Shown: positions 33,602 through 41,668, counted from the first letter of the stretch. The stretch: DNA of 41,669 bases from Phycisphaerales bacterium (GCA_039679525.1 JBDKUU010000806.1:1-41669), one strand, 5' to 3'. The notes: generated by a model from the letters alone, not told the origin. Translations and numbers: made by a program.

Positions 33602-34003
33602 TCACGCCGAACTGCTCGCTGAAGGCGAGGCCGATACACTCGTGCTGGCCGATGGGCTCGGGCTCGAAGCCGGGCCGGCCGCCAGGACCTCCGTGCAGAG
33701 CATCCGCGTCTCGACGTTCAATTCATCCACGTTCCGAACGTCCTTGATATCGAAGGTCCTCGTACCCCAGACGATCCGGTGACCCGGCTGCACGTCCACC
33801 CCGTGGCGGATCGTGATCTCGTGCGTCAGGACGGTCGACGCCTGCTGGGCCGCGATCCGCTCGTTGCCGCTGAGCGTTCGGAACCTGGACCAGACGGAGA
33901 CGTACGTGGACCAGGTCTGCGTCGCGTGACCGCTCGCCGAGCGGGTCTCCACGTACGATTGCAGCGAGATCAGATTCCGCAGTTCGCCGGCCCTCAGTCT
34001 CAT
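33602..34003 (-). CDS. Head closure / head-tail adaptor (Phage_H_T_join, SPP1 gp16-like) with a Ser-rich C-terminal tag
   Basis: The ATG at 34003 is in an ATGA overlap. LRNLISLQ...WSTYVSVWSRFRTLSGNE...THEITIRH...FDIKDVRNVDE. The tail is [26 protein letters not shown]. Confidence 0.7.
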   Translation of the reverse strand: MRLRAGELRNLISLQSYVETRSASGHATQTWSTYVSVWSRFRTLSGNERIAAQQASTVLTHEITIRHGVDVQPGHRIVWGTRTFDIKDVRNVDELNVETRMLCTEVLAAGPASSPSPSASTSVSASPSASSSA

Positions 34004-34641
34004 ACGCCCCCCATCCTGTCCAGCCCGAGCAGGGTCTTGGCACCATATGGGATCTCCGCCAGACTCAGATCGGTCACTACCTCGCGGTTCGCATACCAAT
34101 GGGCCACGATCAGCAAGATCGCCGTGCGGATATACCCCGGCACATCGTCCTCGTCGCTGCCGTACCCGGCGGTGTAGGTAACGATGATGCCGTTGATATC
34201 GCCCCGGATCGACGGCCAGTCGCAATCGTAGGCCGGGACGATCCGGCCAGGCTGCTTGTCCACGTCCACGTCGTACTGGTCCGCCGCCAGTGTCTGGAGC
34301 ACGCCGGATTCGTCGATGTACTGAATGCTCGTCACGGCGATCAGCGGGCACCAGCGGGGCCGGATTGCGGAAGGCCAGGAATCGAAGTAGTCCACGCAGG
34401 TCTGCGTGAGGTACTTGCGGCCCTGGTAGACCTGTGCCCATTCTGTGGCGGCGTCGATATAGGAATCGATCAGGGCATCCTCATTCGTGTTCGTCACCCG
34501 CAGGCGCAACTTCGCCTCGGCCAGGGTGACCACCTGCTCGGCGTCGCGTTCCACACTGGGGGAGGCGGACTCTGTCGCCGACGCGGAGCTGGAGGTGCTG
34601 CTGCTGATCGACTGGCTCGGACTGCTCGATGGCGTTCCCAT
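34000..34641 (-). CDS. gp6-like head-tail connector (QLRG/phiE125 gp8-type) with a Ser-rich N-terminal tag
   Basis: The N-terminus is [29 protein letters not shown]. This is followed by TLAEAKLRLRVTNTNEDALIDSYIDAATEWAQ. Confidence 0.7.
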   Translation of the reverse strand: MGTPSSSPSQSISSSTSSSASATESASPSVERDAEQVVTLAEAKLRLRVTNTNEDALIDSYIDAATEWAQVYQGRKYLTQTCVDYFDSWPSAIRPRWCPLIAVTSIQYIDESGVLQTLAADQYDVDVDKQPGRIVPAYDCDWPSIRGDINGIIVTYTAGYGSDEDDVPGYIRTAILLIVAHWYANREVVTDLSLAEIPYGAKTLLGLDRMGGV

Positions 34642-34642
34642 A

Positions 34643-34924
34643 TCAGATCCCCGTCAATACCTTCAAGATCCATCCGCCCAACAAAGAGCCCCCCGTCGTC
34701 ACAACCAGAAACACCGCCGCCACGCCGGCCAGGAACCAGCGGGACTCCAGCAGCTTGCGGCCGTGGGGACAGGTAGCCTGATGATTTTCAATCATCATCT
34801 GAACCGCCTGACGCTGGGATTCAGCCATCTTCTCCAGTGCCTCGGATTGCGATTCCGCAAACCGCTCTCCGATTTCGAAGGCCAGCAGCTTGATCGTGTC
34901 CCGGTCCTGTTCCGTCAGCGCCAT
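34643..34924 (-). CDS. Small C-terminally membrane-anchored protein
   Basis: A 93-aa ORF with a helical N-terminus and the TM segment WFLAGVAAVFLVVTTGGSLLGGWIL. Confidence 0.45.
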   Translation of the reverse strand: MALTEQDRDTIKLLAFEIGERFAESQSEALEKMAESQRQAVQMMIENHQATCPHGRKLLESRWFLAGVAAVFLVVTTGGSLLGGWILKVLTGI

Positions 34925-35614
34925 CTATCCCGCCTTTCCACCGATGAAATACGTCGTCATCACGTCCTCGACCGTTCCCCAAGGGTCCAGCCGTTTGACC
35001 AGTCGGCCGCTGTGCCGCTTGCACGGGGCGTAGTTGCCCCCGTGATTGACCAGGTCCAGGATGCCGGGGCCCGGAGCCGCGAGCATCTCGTATTCGATCT
35101 TCGCAATGCCGAGCGTCTCAGAGCCCTTGCCCGGCTCAAACGCATCGTGAAAATCCTCGTCGAAAAAGCAGCGAACGAGCTTGGCGACCGCGTCCATCAG
35201 CAGGACCGCCCGCTCGGCGATCACAAGCTGCATGGACCGGCCGCCCCGGTCCACGGAGAACCGGCGGCAATCCATCAGGGCCCGATGGCGATTCTGATCG
35301 AAGACGACCTCCCCTTTCACCGGACGCAGAAAGAAATGCTCCGGTGGGTAGAGGACATCGTGCTCGCACAACGCGACGAACTCGGTCTCGCACGCCAGGC
35401 ACCCGGCGGCGATCTGGCGGAGGATGGAGCGATAGGACCGGCCGATGTCCCCGAGGCAGACGTTGTGCCCGAAGTCGATCGGCCGCTGCGAGATACTGAC
35501 GATCGGAATCCCCCCGGCCTTCCCGGCACTCGCGATGAGATGGGCCCTCACTGCCGCAGCGAACCGGCTCGGAAGACTGTTGTCCGTATAATAGAGGATC
35601 GTCAGATCGGTCAT
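34925..35614 (-). CDS. Putative GT-A-like glycosyltransferase (weak call)
   Basis: ILYYTDNSL...VALCEHDVLYPPEHF pattern. It lies adjacent to the large GT ORF with a 4-nt overlap. Confidence 0.35.
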   Translation of the reverse strand: MTDLTILYYTDNSLPSRFAAAVRAHLIASAGKAGGIPIVSISQRPIDFGHNVCLGDIGRSYRSILRQIAAGCLACETEFVALCEHDVLYPPEHFFLRPVKGEVVFDQNRHRALMDCRRFSVDRGGRSMQLVIAERAVLLMDAVAKLVRCFFDEDFHDAFEPGKGSETLGIAKIEYEMLAAPGPGILDLVNHGGNYAPCKRHSGRLVKRLDPWGTVEDVMTTYFIGGKAG

Positions 35615-38600
35615 GGGGCCCTCTGGATGAAGACGATGTTGTGGTACCAGTGGATCTCGCGAACGTCGCGAGGGGCATAGATCCTGTTTTCCAATCCAAT
35701 GTGGAGACAGCGAAATTCGTCATCCTCCAGTTCATTGTCCTCCACCTCGGGATCATCTTGATCGAACGATCGGTGGATGTCCTCGATCACGTACCAGCCG
35801 AAGGGCCGAACGCTCGGCCAGAGCCAGTCGAACAACCGCCGCTGGTCCTCGGGCGCGTGCGAGGCGTCGTCCACGATCAGATCGTAGGGCCCCGCGGCGA
35901 TGAGCTTCTGGACGTCGTCGAGCCTCGTCTCGTCCCCGACGATGACCTGGGTATTCGGCAGGTCACCCGCGAACTTCTTCCACCGATCCGGATCGCAGTC
36001 GAAGCCGATGACATGTGTCCGCTCGGGGAAATATGCTCGCCAGATGGCCAGGGAGGAACCGTGCGCCAGGCCGCACTCCAGGACCCGTCGGGCACGCTTG
36101 CGGATCGCGGACAGGTGCCTGTCGTAGTGCACGTGGTAGTTATGGACCCAGTGCTTGTCCGTCGCGTTCCCGCGGTGTACGACGTACTGCTGCTCCATCA
36201 ACTTCTGGATCGGGCCCGCCTCGGGCGGCGCCATCCGGTGCAGATGGTATTGTGGTGAGAGGATCATCGCACTGCGTGCATCGCCGAGCAGCCGGCCGAT
36301 GGCCCGCTTGCCCTGAATAGTCCCCAGACGCTGGAGGATCACGAGTCGGCGATACCCCTTCCACAGGATCAACCGGCCCTCGTGCTCGTAGAATTCCAGC
36401 GGGCTCTTGAGACCGTTGTCGCGGATGTCGAGGACGAGCCGTGCGGCCTTTTGCATCTTGCCCTTCACGGTCCGCAGCTCCTGCCGCGTCGGGATCCGAA
36501 CGCTGCCCCGGCGGATGTGACTGATGAGGTACTCGCGATAGCGACCCTCATAGTCCGGCTTGCCGGCCAGGACGGAATCGACGAACTCGCCGAACGCCGG
36601 CCAGAAGATGTCCAGCCGGAAGGACTTCGCCGGTTCGCTGATCCGGTGCCGGCCCACCCAAAGATCCTCCACACTCACGCGGACCGCCTTGCAGGCGTTG
36701 TGATGGTGAGGGGCCTGGATCGCGGGGCCGTAGTCGGCCGCAGGCCACCCCGGCGGATGAAACCGCTCCAGCAGCCAGGCGAAACTGTATTTCTGGAACC
36801 GCCATTTGTCCCCGAGCCAGAGGTCGTGACTATGCTCGATGCTCCTGGGCTTGACCGTCGCGCCCATCGCGTAGGGGGCCTTGCCCCGGTTCCAATGGGC
36901 GTACCAGGTCCGCTTATTCTCCAGGAGGCGACCGCCCGAGAGCCATACTTTACAGGCGAGTTCCGCCCCTTCCTGGCCGAAATGGCCGTGGCCCTCGTCC
37001 CAGCCGCCCCAATAGGTCCACAGGTCCCGCTCGATCAGGAAGCAGCTGCCCGAGCAGGTCATCGTCTCGGAGACCTCTTCGTCCTTGTGGGCCTCGGCCC
37101 ATTCGGGCCAGGCCATCGAGCGAAGGCCGATCCCATCCTCCGTGACGTGCGTCAGACGCCGGCAGTCGGTCTTACTGTGTTCCCGCCGCTGCCAGGAGAC
37201 CGTATCCAGATCGTACCGGCTGCCCACGACGGCGCCGCCCGGTTCCCATGCCCGGATCAATTCGGCATCCATGTCATCCGCGACGGCGCAGTGGGCGTCG
37301 AGCTTTAAGATGAATTGGCCCTTGGCTTCCTTCAGCAGGCGATTCAGCGTGGGACGCATGCCTAACTTCGGACCGGGCAAGACGCGAACTCGCTCGTCAT
37401 CGAATCGCGGGACCGGCTGATCCTCACCATCGAGGCCAATGAGGATCTCGAAGTCATTATACAGATGGGCCAAGAGGTCTTTGACTGTAGCCTCTAGGAA
37501 CTGCTCATTGCGGGCCGGGATCAGAACGGAGATCGTCGGAGCCTCGGGGACAAGGGGGGCGAGTTTCTTGAGGCCAGTCTTGACGGCCTCCACTTGCCGC
37601 TCTGCACGCTCTATGCCTTCTTCAAATGCCTTCTGTTCTGCAGATAGAAAGGACCCCATTGACCTCGTTGACCTTGTTAACCTTTTCGACTTGACCGCTG
37701 GAGCCTGGATTACCCGCCTGGCCTTTGCATCGACCCTGTCGATATCGTTTTCCGTCATCCTTGGCTCATTCTTTCTCTGTGTCCTCTGTGGCTCTGTGGT
37801 GATTTTCCTCTTTGGCCAGGTGGGGACCGGTGCGAATCTGTCGGCGATCCACTCGAGCGGCCGTGTCTGCAGCGGCCAGCGACCACCGGTCCATAGATCG
37901 ATCGAGTACTGGCGTGCCTTCTCCTGGTCGCTGCCGTGGATCTTGTACGGGAAGCTCTCCCCGTCCCCGCAGCGAAACAGGTGTGCAAACCACGTATTGC
38001 GGTTCACCACATGCCGGCCGCCGGAGAGCCACGCCTTGCACGCCATTTCCACACCCATCTGACCCCAGGACCCATGCCCTTCGTCCAGCCCTCCAAGCTC
38101 CCAGAATCGATCCCAGTGCATGAACCAGCAGGCGCCCTGGCCCGTCATTACGTCCGCGATCTCGCCCTGCCGCTTGGCCCAGGCCTTGAATTGGCGATAC
38201 TCGTCTTCGTATTCGCGACCACCCCTGCGGAAGTCCCTTGCCCCACACTGCCCGCAGTTTGCATCCCCGGCGTCCGGATCCTTCGCCGCTCCACACTGAT
38301 TGCAGATGTGCGTTCCCTGACCCCAGTACTGGACCCGCAGGGGCCGCTCCTTCGCCTCGGGAGACCGGAAGAACATCCAATCCGTTTTTCGCTTCCAGTT
38401 CGGCTCAAAGACGATGTCGTACTCGTAGTCCGTGACGCCGCATGTCGGGCACGGCCGGTGACTCCCGCGATTATAGAACCGGCCCTTGCACTTGCGGCAG
38501 ATGAGGTCGTGGGCGTGCAGATTGTACATCGTCGGGATGACGGTCCAGTCGTACTCGCAGTCCCGCATGAGCTTGACGTCGAAGCCGTCCTCCAGCATCG

Positions 38601-38856
38601 AGTGGCCGTCCGTCTTCAAGATAAACTTCGCCGTCGAGAGCCGGGCGGCCTCATTGACGCTCTGCCGCTGACCCATCGGCTCGGCGTGGCGGATCACGCG
38701 AACACCCGGTAGATCGGGCACGACCGGCCCGGACTCCTGGCCGTCGATCACGACGATGATCTCCGTCTCACCGCGAATGGCGTTGTGGATCGATTCCACC
38801 GTGTGGGCCAGGTACGCCTCCGCCCTGGCCGGGATGATGACGCTAACATCGGGCAT
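35611..38856 (-). CDS. Multidomain glycosyltransferase-glycosyltransferase-methyltransferase (2 x DxH GT-A plus a class-I SAM MTase)
   Basis: GT-A 1 (aa 1-345): VSVIIPARAE, KTDGHS, WGQMGVEMACKAWLSGG..WFAH, with CxxC x4 inserts. GT-A 2 (aa 441-705): ISVLIPARNE, KLDAHC, FGQEGAELACKVWLSGG..WYAH. MTase (aa ~890-1081): VLECGLAHGSS, GFDCDP, DLIVDDASH, GWYVIED. Confidence 0.75.
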   Translation of the reverse strand: MPDVSVIIPARAEAYLAHTVESIHNAIRGETEIIVVIDGQESGPVVPDLPGVRVIRHAEPMGQRQSVNEAARLSTAKFILKTDGHSMLEDGFDVKLMRDCEYDWTVIPTMYNLHAHDLICRKCKGRFYNRGSHRPCPTCGVTDYEYDIVFEPNWKRKTDWMFFRSPEAKERPLRVQYWGQGTHICNQCGAAKDPDAGDANCGQCGARDFRRGGREYEDEYRQFKAWAKRQGEIADVMTGQGACWFMHWDRFWELGGLDEGHGSWGQMGVEMACKAWLSGGRHVVNRNTWFAHLFRCGDGESFPYKIHGSDQEKARQYSIDLWTGGRWPLQTRPLEWIADRFAPVPTWPKRKITTEPQRTQRKNEPRMTENDIDRVDAKARRVIQAPAVKSKRLTRSTRSMGSFLSAEQKAFEEGIERAERQVEAVKTGLKKLAPLVPEAPTISVLIPARNEQFLEATVKDLLAHLYNDFEILIGLDGEDQPVPRFDDERVRVLPGPKLGMRPTLNRLLKEAKGQFILKLDAHCAVADDMDAELIRAWEPGGAVVGSRYDLDTVSWQRREHSKTDCRRLTHVTEDGIGLRSMAWPEWAEAHKDEEVSETMTCSGSCFLIERDLWTYWGGWDEGHGHFGQEGAELACKVWLSGGRLLENKRTWYAHWNRGKAPYAMGATVKPRSIEHSHDLWLGDKWRFQKYSFAWLLERFHPPGWPAADYGPAIQAPHHHNACKAVRVSVEDLWVGRHRISEPAKSFRLDIFWPAFGEFVDSVLAGKPDYEGRYREYLISHIRRGSVRIPTRQELRTVKGKMQKAARLVLDIRDNGLKSPLEFYEHEGRLILWKGYRRLVILQRLGTIQGKRAIGRLLGDARSAMILSPQYHLHRMAPPEAGPIQKLMEQQYVVHRGNATDKHWVHNYHVHYDRHLSAIRKRARRVLECGLAHGSSLAIWRAYFPERTHVIGFDCDPDRWKKFAGDLPNTQVIVGDETRLDDVQKLIAAGPYDLIVDDASHAPEDQRRLFDWLWPSVRPFGWYVIEDIHRSFDQDDPEVEDNELEDDEFRCLHIGLENRIYAPRDVREIHWYHNIVFIQRAP
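37658..37802. repeat. Intergenic-type repeat module (TTGACC family plus CTCTGTG family) embedded in frame in the 1081-aa ORF
   Basis: ATTGACCTCGTTGACCTTGTTAACCTTTTCGACTTGACC (37658-37696) and TCTCTGTGTCCTCTGTGGCTCTGTGGTGA (37774-37802). Confidence 0.8.
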
Positions 38857-39055
38857 GGATTTGCACTTTCATCTCGTTGATCCGGAGTGCTGCCATATGG
38901 CAGCAATGCTCCAAGTATTCCGTTCTCGCGACATCCACGTCAGGATATGCGTTGGGTAACAGCGATTCGATCTCATCGAGGTACCGTTTCACGATTCGAA
39001 GGTAATCGGCGAGGTCCTCTTTTGTCTCTGTAACGTAACTTGCCACATCGGGCAT
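38843..39055 (-). CDS. Small hypothetical protein in a lower-GC patch
   Basis: A 70-aa amphipathic ORF overlapping the GT start by 14 nt. It contains the 16-bp palindrome GCTGCCATATGGCAGC (38889-38904). Confidence 0.4.
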   Translation of the reverse strand: MPDVASYVTETKEDLADYLRIVKRYLDEIESLLPNAYPDVDVARTEYLEHCCHMAALRINEMKVQIHARC

Positions 39056-39174
39056 AACAACCCTTTCGATCCATCTGGTTGACCGGCCGGGCTACGTCCC
39101 AGGCCGGCGTCAACGGAGGCCGGCAGTGATACCCCATCGCCGCCAGCAGATCCGACATGTTCATCCGCCGCCCC

Positions 39175-39645
39175 TTACGCCGAGGCGCTCGCGCTCGGGG
39201 ACGCCGATACGCTCGAACTGGCGGAGGCGGAAATGCTCGACGATGGACTCTCGGATCTCGATTCAGCCTCGGTCCAGCCCTCTACGATCACACTGACCTT
39301 CCCGGCCCCGCTCGCGTCCATACACAGGGAATTGTTCTCGTTCAGCCGCATGGGGGTCTCGCCGAAGTCGATAGGGCAGAAGGTCCCCGCCGCCCCGCCG
39401 AGCGAACCGATCAAGGTCCGCAACAATGCACCGGAGTCCTTGCCTTCCCCGATCGTCACGGTGACCGCCGCAGTGATGGAGATCCACAATCGCTCGACGT
39501 GCAGGGCGAAGCCCACTCCCGGAGACGGCACGATCACCTCGCACCCGCTTGCGTCGTCGCTGGCCACGTTGAACCGCCACGCCGTCTTTCTCTGGGGGTC
39601 CGTGCTCCGCACGGCCTGCGCGATGGGAATGATTTCAACGGACAT
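39175..39645 (-). CDS. Beta-rich virion-associated protein (decoration-like?) with a Ser-rich C-terminal tag
   Basis: A 156-aa ORF with tail [29 protein letters not shown]. Confidence 0.45.
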   Translation of the reverse strand: MSVEIIPIAQAVRSTDPQRKTAWRFNVASDDASGCEVIVPSPGVGFALHVERLWISITAAVTVTIGEGKDSGALLRTLIGSLGGAAGTFCPIDFGETPMRLNENNSLCMDASGAGKVSVIVEGWTEAESRSESPSSSISASASSSVSASPSASASA

Positions 39646-39887
39646 CAGTCACCGTCCTTTTCGCCGGTCTGCGGGGTCACGACGGCCCGTTCGGCGACCG
39701 GATTCACAACCGCCGTCTCGGCGGCCGGGCCCCGGCTGAATGGTTTCTTCTTCCGCTCGGGCTCCTTGTACTCCACCCCGTAGCCCTTGCGGATCATGCT
39801 CTCGACGCACGGGGCGTCCTCTTCAACGATCTCACCCGGCTGGTGACCGTCCCACAGCCGCGTCAACCGAATCTTCTTCTTTTCCAT
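39645..39887 (-). CDS. Small hypothetical protein
   Basis: An 80-aa ORF abutting the next gene's start (39645). Confidence 0.4.
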   Translation of the reverse strand: MEKKKIRLTRLWDGHQPGEIVEEDAPCVESMIRKGYGVEYKEPERKKKPFSRGPAAETAVVNPVAERAVVTPQTGEKDGD

Positions 39888-39899
39888 GCTCGAACCCTT

Positions 39900-41444
39900 T
39901 CACTTCCAGCACTTGGCCGGTTTGCCCTTGTCGTGAAACTCGCCCGGCGACTGATAGACCGGCTGCATGTCCTCGCCCGGCCAGGCCGCCATCAGCTCCA
40001 GGTGACCGATCACAATGCGATTGGCCAGGAGCACCTTCTTCCGTACCTTCTCCAGTTGCCTCCAGAACCAGATATCGTCGTCGATCCGGCCGGGACCCCA
40101 CTGGTTGTCGATGTTCGGCTGGCCCCAGAACCAGGGATGCGGCACGTCGAGCATGTCGGACACACGGAGCAGCGTCAGGCCGAAGTGGCCCGTAGCCACG
40201 GGGATCGTCTCGGCCTTCAATTCCGCCTGCGGGACGTCCGACCTCGGCTGGCCGGACCGGGTCTTGAGGCTCGTCAGGATCTTGTGCGCAACCCGACCCG
40301 TCTGAATGGGCACGACCGCCGCCGCCTCCGGATGCTGACACATCAGGCGAATCAGACCCTCGACGTCGGCTCGCGTGAACAGCGTGTCATAGTCCACCGT
40401 CAGCACATAATCCGCCCCGGAGTCGATCATCGATTGAATGCCCCGCTCCAGGCACTGACCCCAGAAGGCACCCTGCACATTGATGAGCGGAATTCGCATG
40501 GGCCAAAGCACCTGCTGGGCACAGGTCATATTGTCCTGGAATCCCAGCCGCGGGACACTCATCACTGCGGCGATCCGAAGGCCCTGGGGCGGCTTGAGCG
40601 ACGCGACCTCCGGCGGCCGGCAGGCGGGCTCCCTCGCCGGGTCCTTCGTCCCCGAGGCGAAGCCGCGGCATTCGGAAAGCCCCTTCGGCGATTCCGTCAG
40701 CGGCCAGGCGTCCACGTCCACGAAACCAACCGCTTGCAGCATCGATCCGAGACATTGCAGCGTCGGGGCCCACCAGTTGGAGGGGTTGTTCCCGTACTCC
40801 GCGCCGGGATAGAACTCCATCACCATCTCGTTGTCCGCGAAGCCCTTGCCCAGTCCACCGCGATAGGGACTGTACACGTCGAGGGACGCGGTCTCGACAT
40901 AGATCGAGCCGTCGCACACCGCCGCGATCCGCTCCAGGGCCAGCAGAGGATGTCGCAGGTGGTAGATCGTGCCGAAGAAAAAGACGACATCAAATCTCCC
41001 ATACAACGTCGCGTAAATGTCGTAGACCGATGCCTCTTTGCGGAGGACCGCCTGGTTGGCATTATTCAGCCATCGGTTCTTGATGCCCCCGTCCGTCTGC
41101 GTGAATCCCAAGGCCTCACGGCACAGGTCAAACGTCGCCCACTTGCTCTTGCGATCGATTGCCAGGCCGGCCTCATCGCTGAAATCGTCTATCGCGACGA
41201 CCTCGCGGGCCCCCCGCTTCAGGGCCTCCCAGGTCCAGTAGCCGTCCCATGCCCCGATATCGAGCACCCGTTTGCCCCTTAGATCGGCCGGGATCGAGTA
41301 CCGCTCGGCGCACAGGGGCGAGAAACCCGGCGTCACGATCCCGCCGGGCAGCTCGATCTTGTGATACCAGAAGGGAATCGCATCGACTTTCGCTTGTAGC
41401 TCTTGCACATCCATCGTTCGTTCTCCGTTCATCCCTGCATCCAT
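39900..41444 (-). CDS. SAM-methyltransferase / GT-A-like glycosyltransferase fusion
   Basis: N-terminus: IPFWYHKIELPGGIVTPG, VLDIGAWDGYW and FFFGTIYHLRHP (CmoB/TIGR04290-like MTase). C-terminus: VDYDTLF, HFGLTLLR and DDDIWFWRQL...VIGHL (GT-A-like). Start may be 41444 or 41414. Confidence 0.65.
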   Translation of the reverse strand: MDAGMNGERTMDVQELQAKVDAIPFWYHKIELPGGIVTPGFSPLCAERYSIPADLRGKRVLDIGAWDGYWTWEALKRGAREVVAIDDFSDEAGLAIDRKSKWATFDLCREALGFTQTDGGIKNRWLNNANQAVLRKEASVYDIYATLYGRFDVVFFFGTIYHLRHPLLALERIAAVCDGSIYVETASLDVYSPYRGGLGKGFADNEMVMEFYPGAEYGNNPSNWWAPTLQCLGSMLQAVGFVDVDAWPLTESPKGLSECRGFASGTKDPAREPACRPPEVASLKPPQGLRIAAVMSVPRLGFQDNMTCAQQVLWPMRIPLINVQGAFWGQCLERGIQSMIDSGADYVLTVDYDTLFTRADVEGLIRLMCQHPEAAAVVPIQTGRVAHKILTSLKTRSGQPRSDVPQAELKAETIPVATGHFGLTLLRVSDMLDVPHPWFWGQPNIDNQWGPGRIDDDIWFWRQLEKVRKKVLLANRIVIGHLELMAAWPGEDMQPVYQSPGEFHDKGKPAKCWK

Positions 41445-41446
41445 CG

Positions 41447-41475
41447 TCTCTGTGTTCTCTGTGGCTCTCTGTGGC
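41447..41475. repeat. Mini-repeat of the CTCTGTG family
   Basis: TCTCTGTGTTCTCTGTGGCTCTCTGTGGC, 2 nt upstream of the ATG at 41444. Confidence 0.7.
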
Positions 41476-41548
41476 TATTCTCTTTCGAAAAAACTTCATC
41501 CGACCGGGCCCGTGGGGGCACCGGCCGGATGAACGGTTAGACGTTGGG

Positions 41549-41668
41549 TCATCCACTGACGATCAATCGGGCCCCGGCGACCGTCGTGGCCGCCGTTTCC
41601 ATGGCCGGGTCGACATTGCTCTTGAACAGCAGGGCATGAGCCGAGACGCCCACGGTCTGTTTCTCCGG
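41549..41668 (-). CDS. C-terminal end of an upstream structural protein (capsid?); runs off the right edge
   Basis: Own translation: ...PEKQTVGVSAHALLFKSNVDPAMETAATTVAGARLIVSG*. The identity is inferred from gene order only. Confidence 0.3.
   Translation of the reverse strand, partial: PEKQTVGVSAHALLFKSNVDPAMETAATTVAGARLIVSG

Noticed and set aside
36187-36741. ParB/sulfiredoxin-like nuclease domain in the middle of the 1081-aa ORF (…DIRDNGLKSPLEFYEHEGRLILWKGYRRLVILQRLG…)
   Set aside because: The resemblance is limited to a short pattern and lacks the DGxHR-type catalytic motif. This is too weak to call without a profile search.
35641-38712. Several 200-300-aa plus-strand ORFs
   Set aside because: They are antisense to the multidomain GT/MTase ORF and have an Arg/Pro/Leu-rich composition typical of high-GC antisense frames.
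39843-41282. 479-aa plus-strand ORF
   Set aside because: It is antisense to the MTase-GT fusion, which has recognisable SAM-binding and GT-A motifs.
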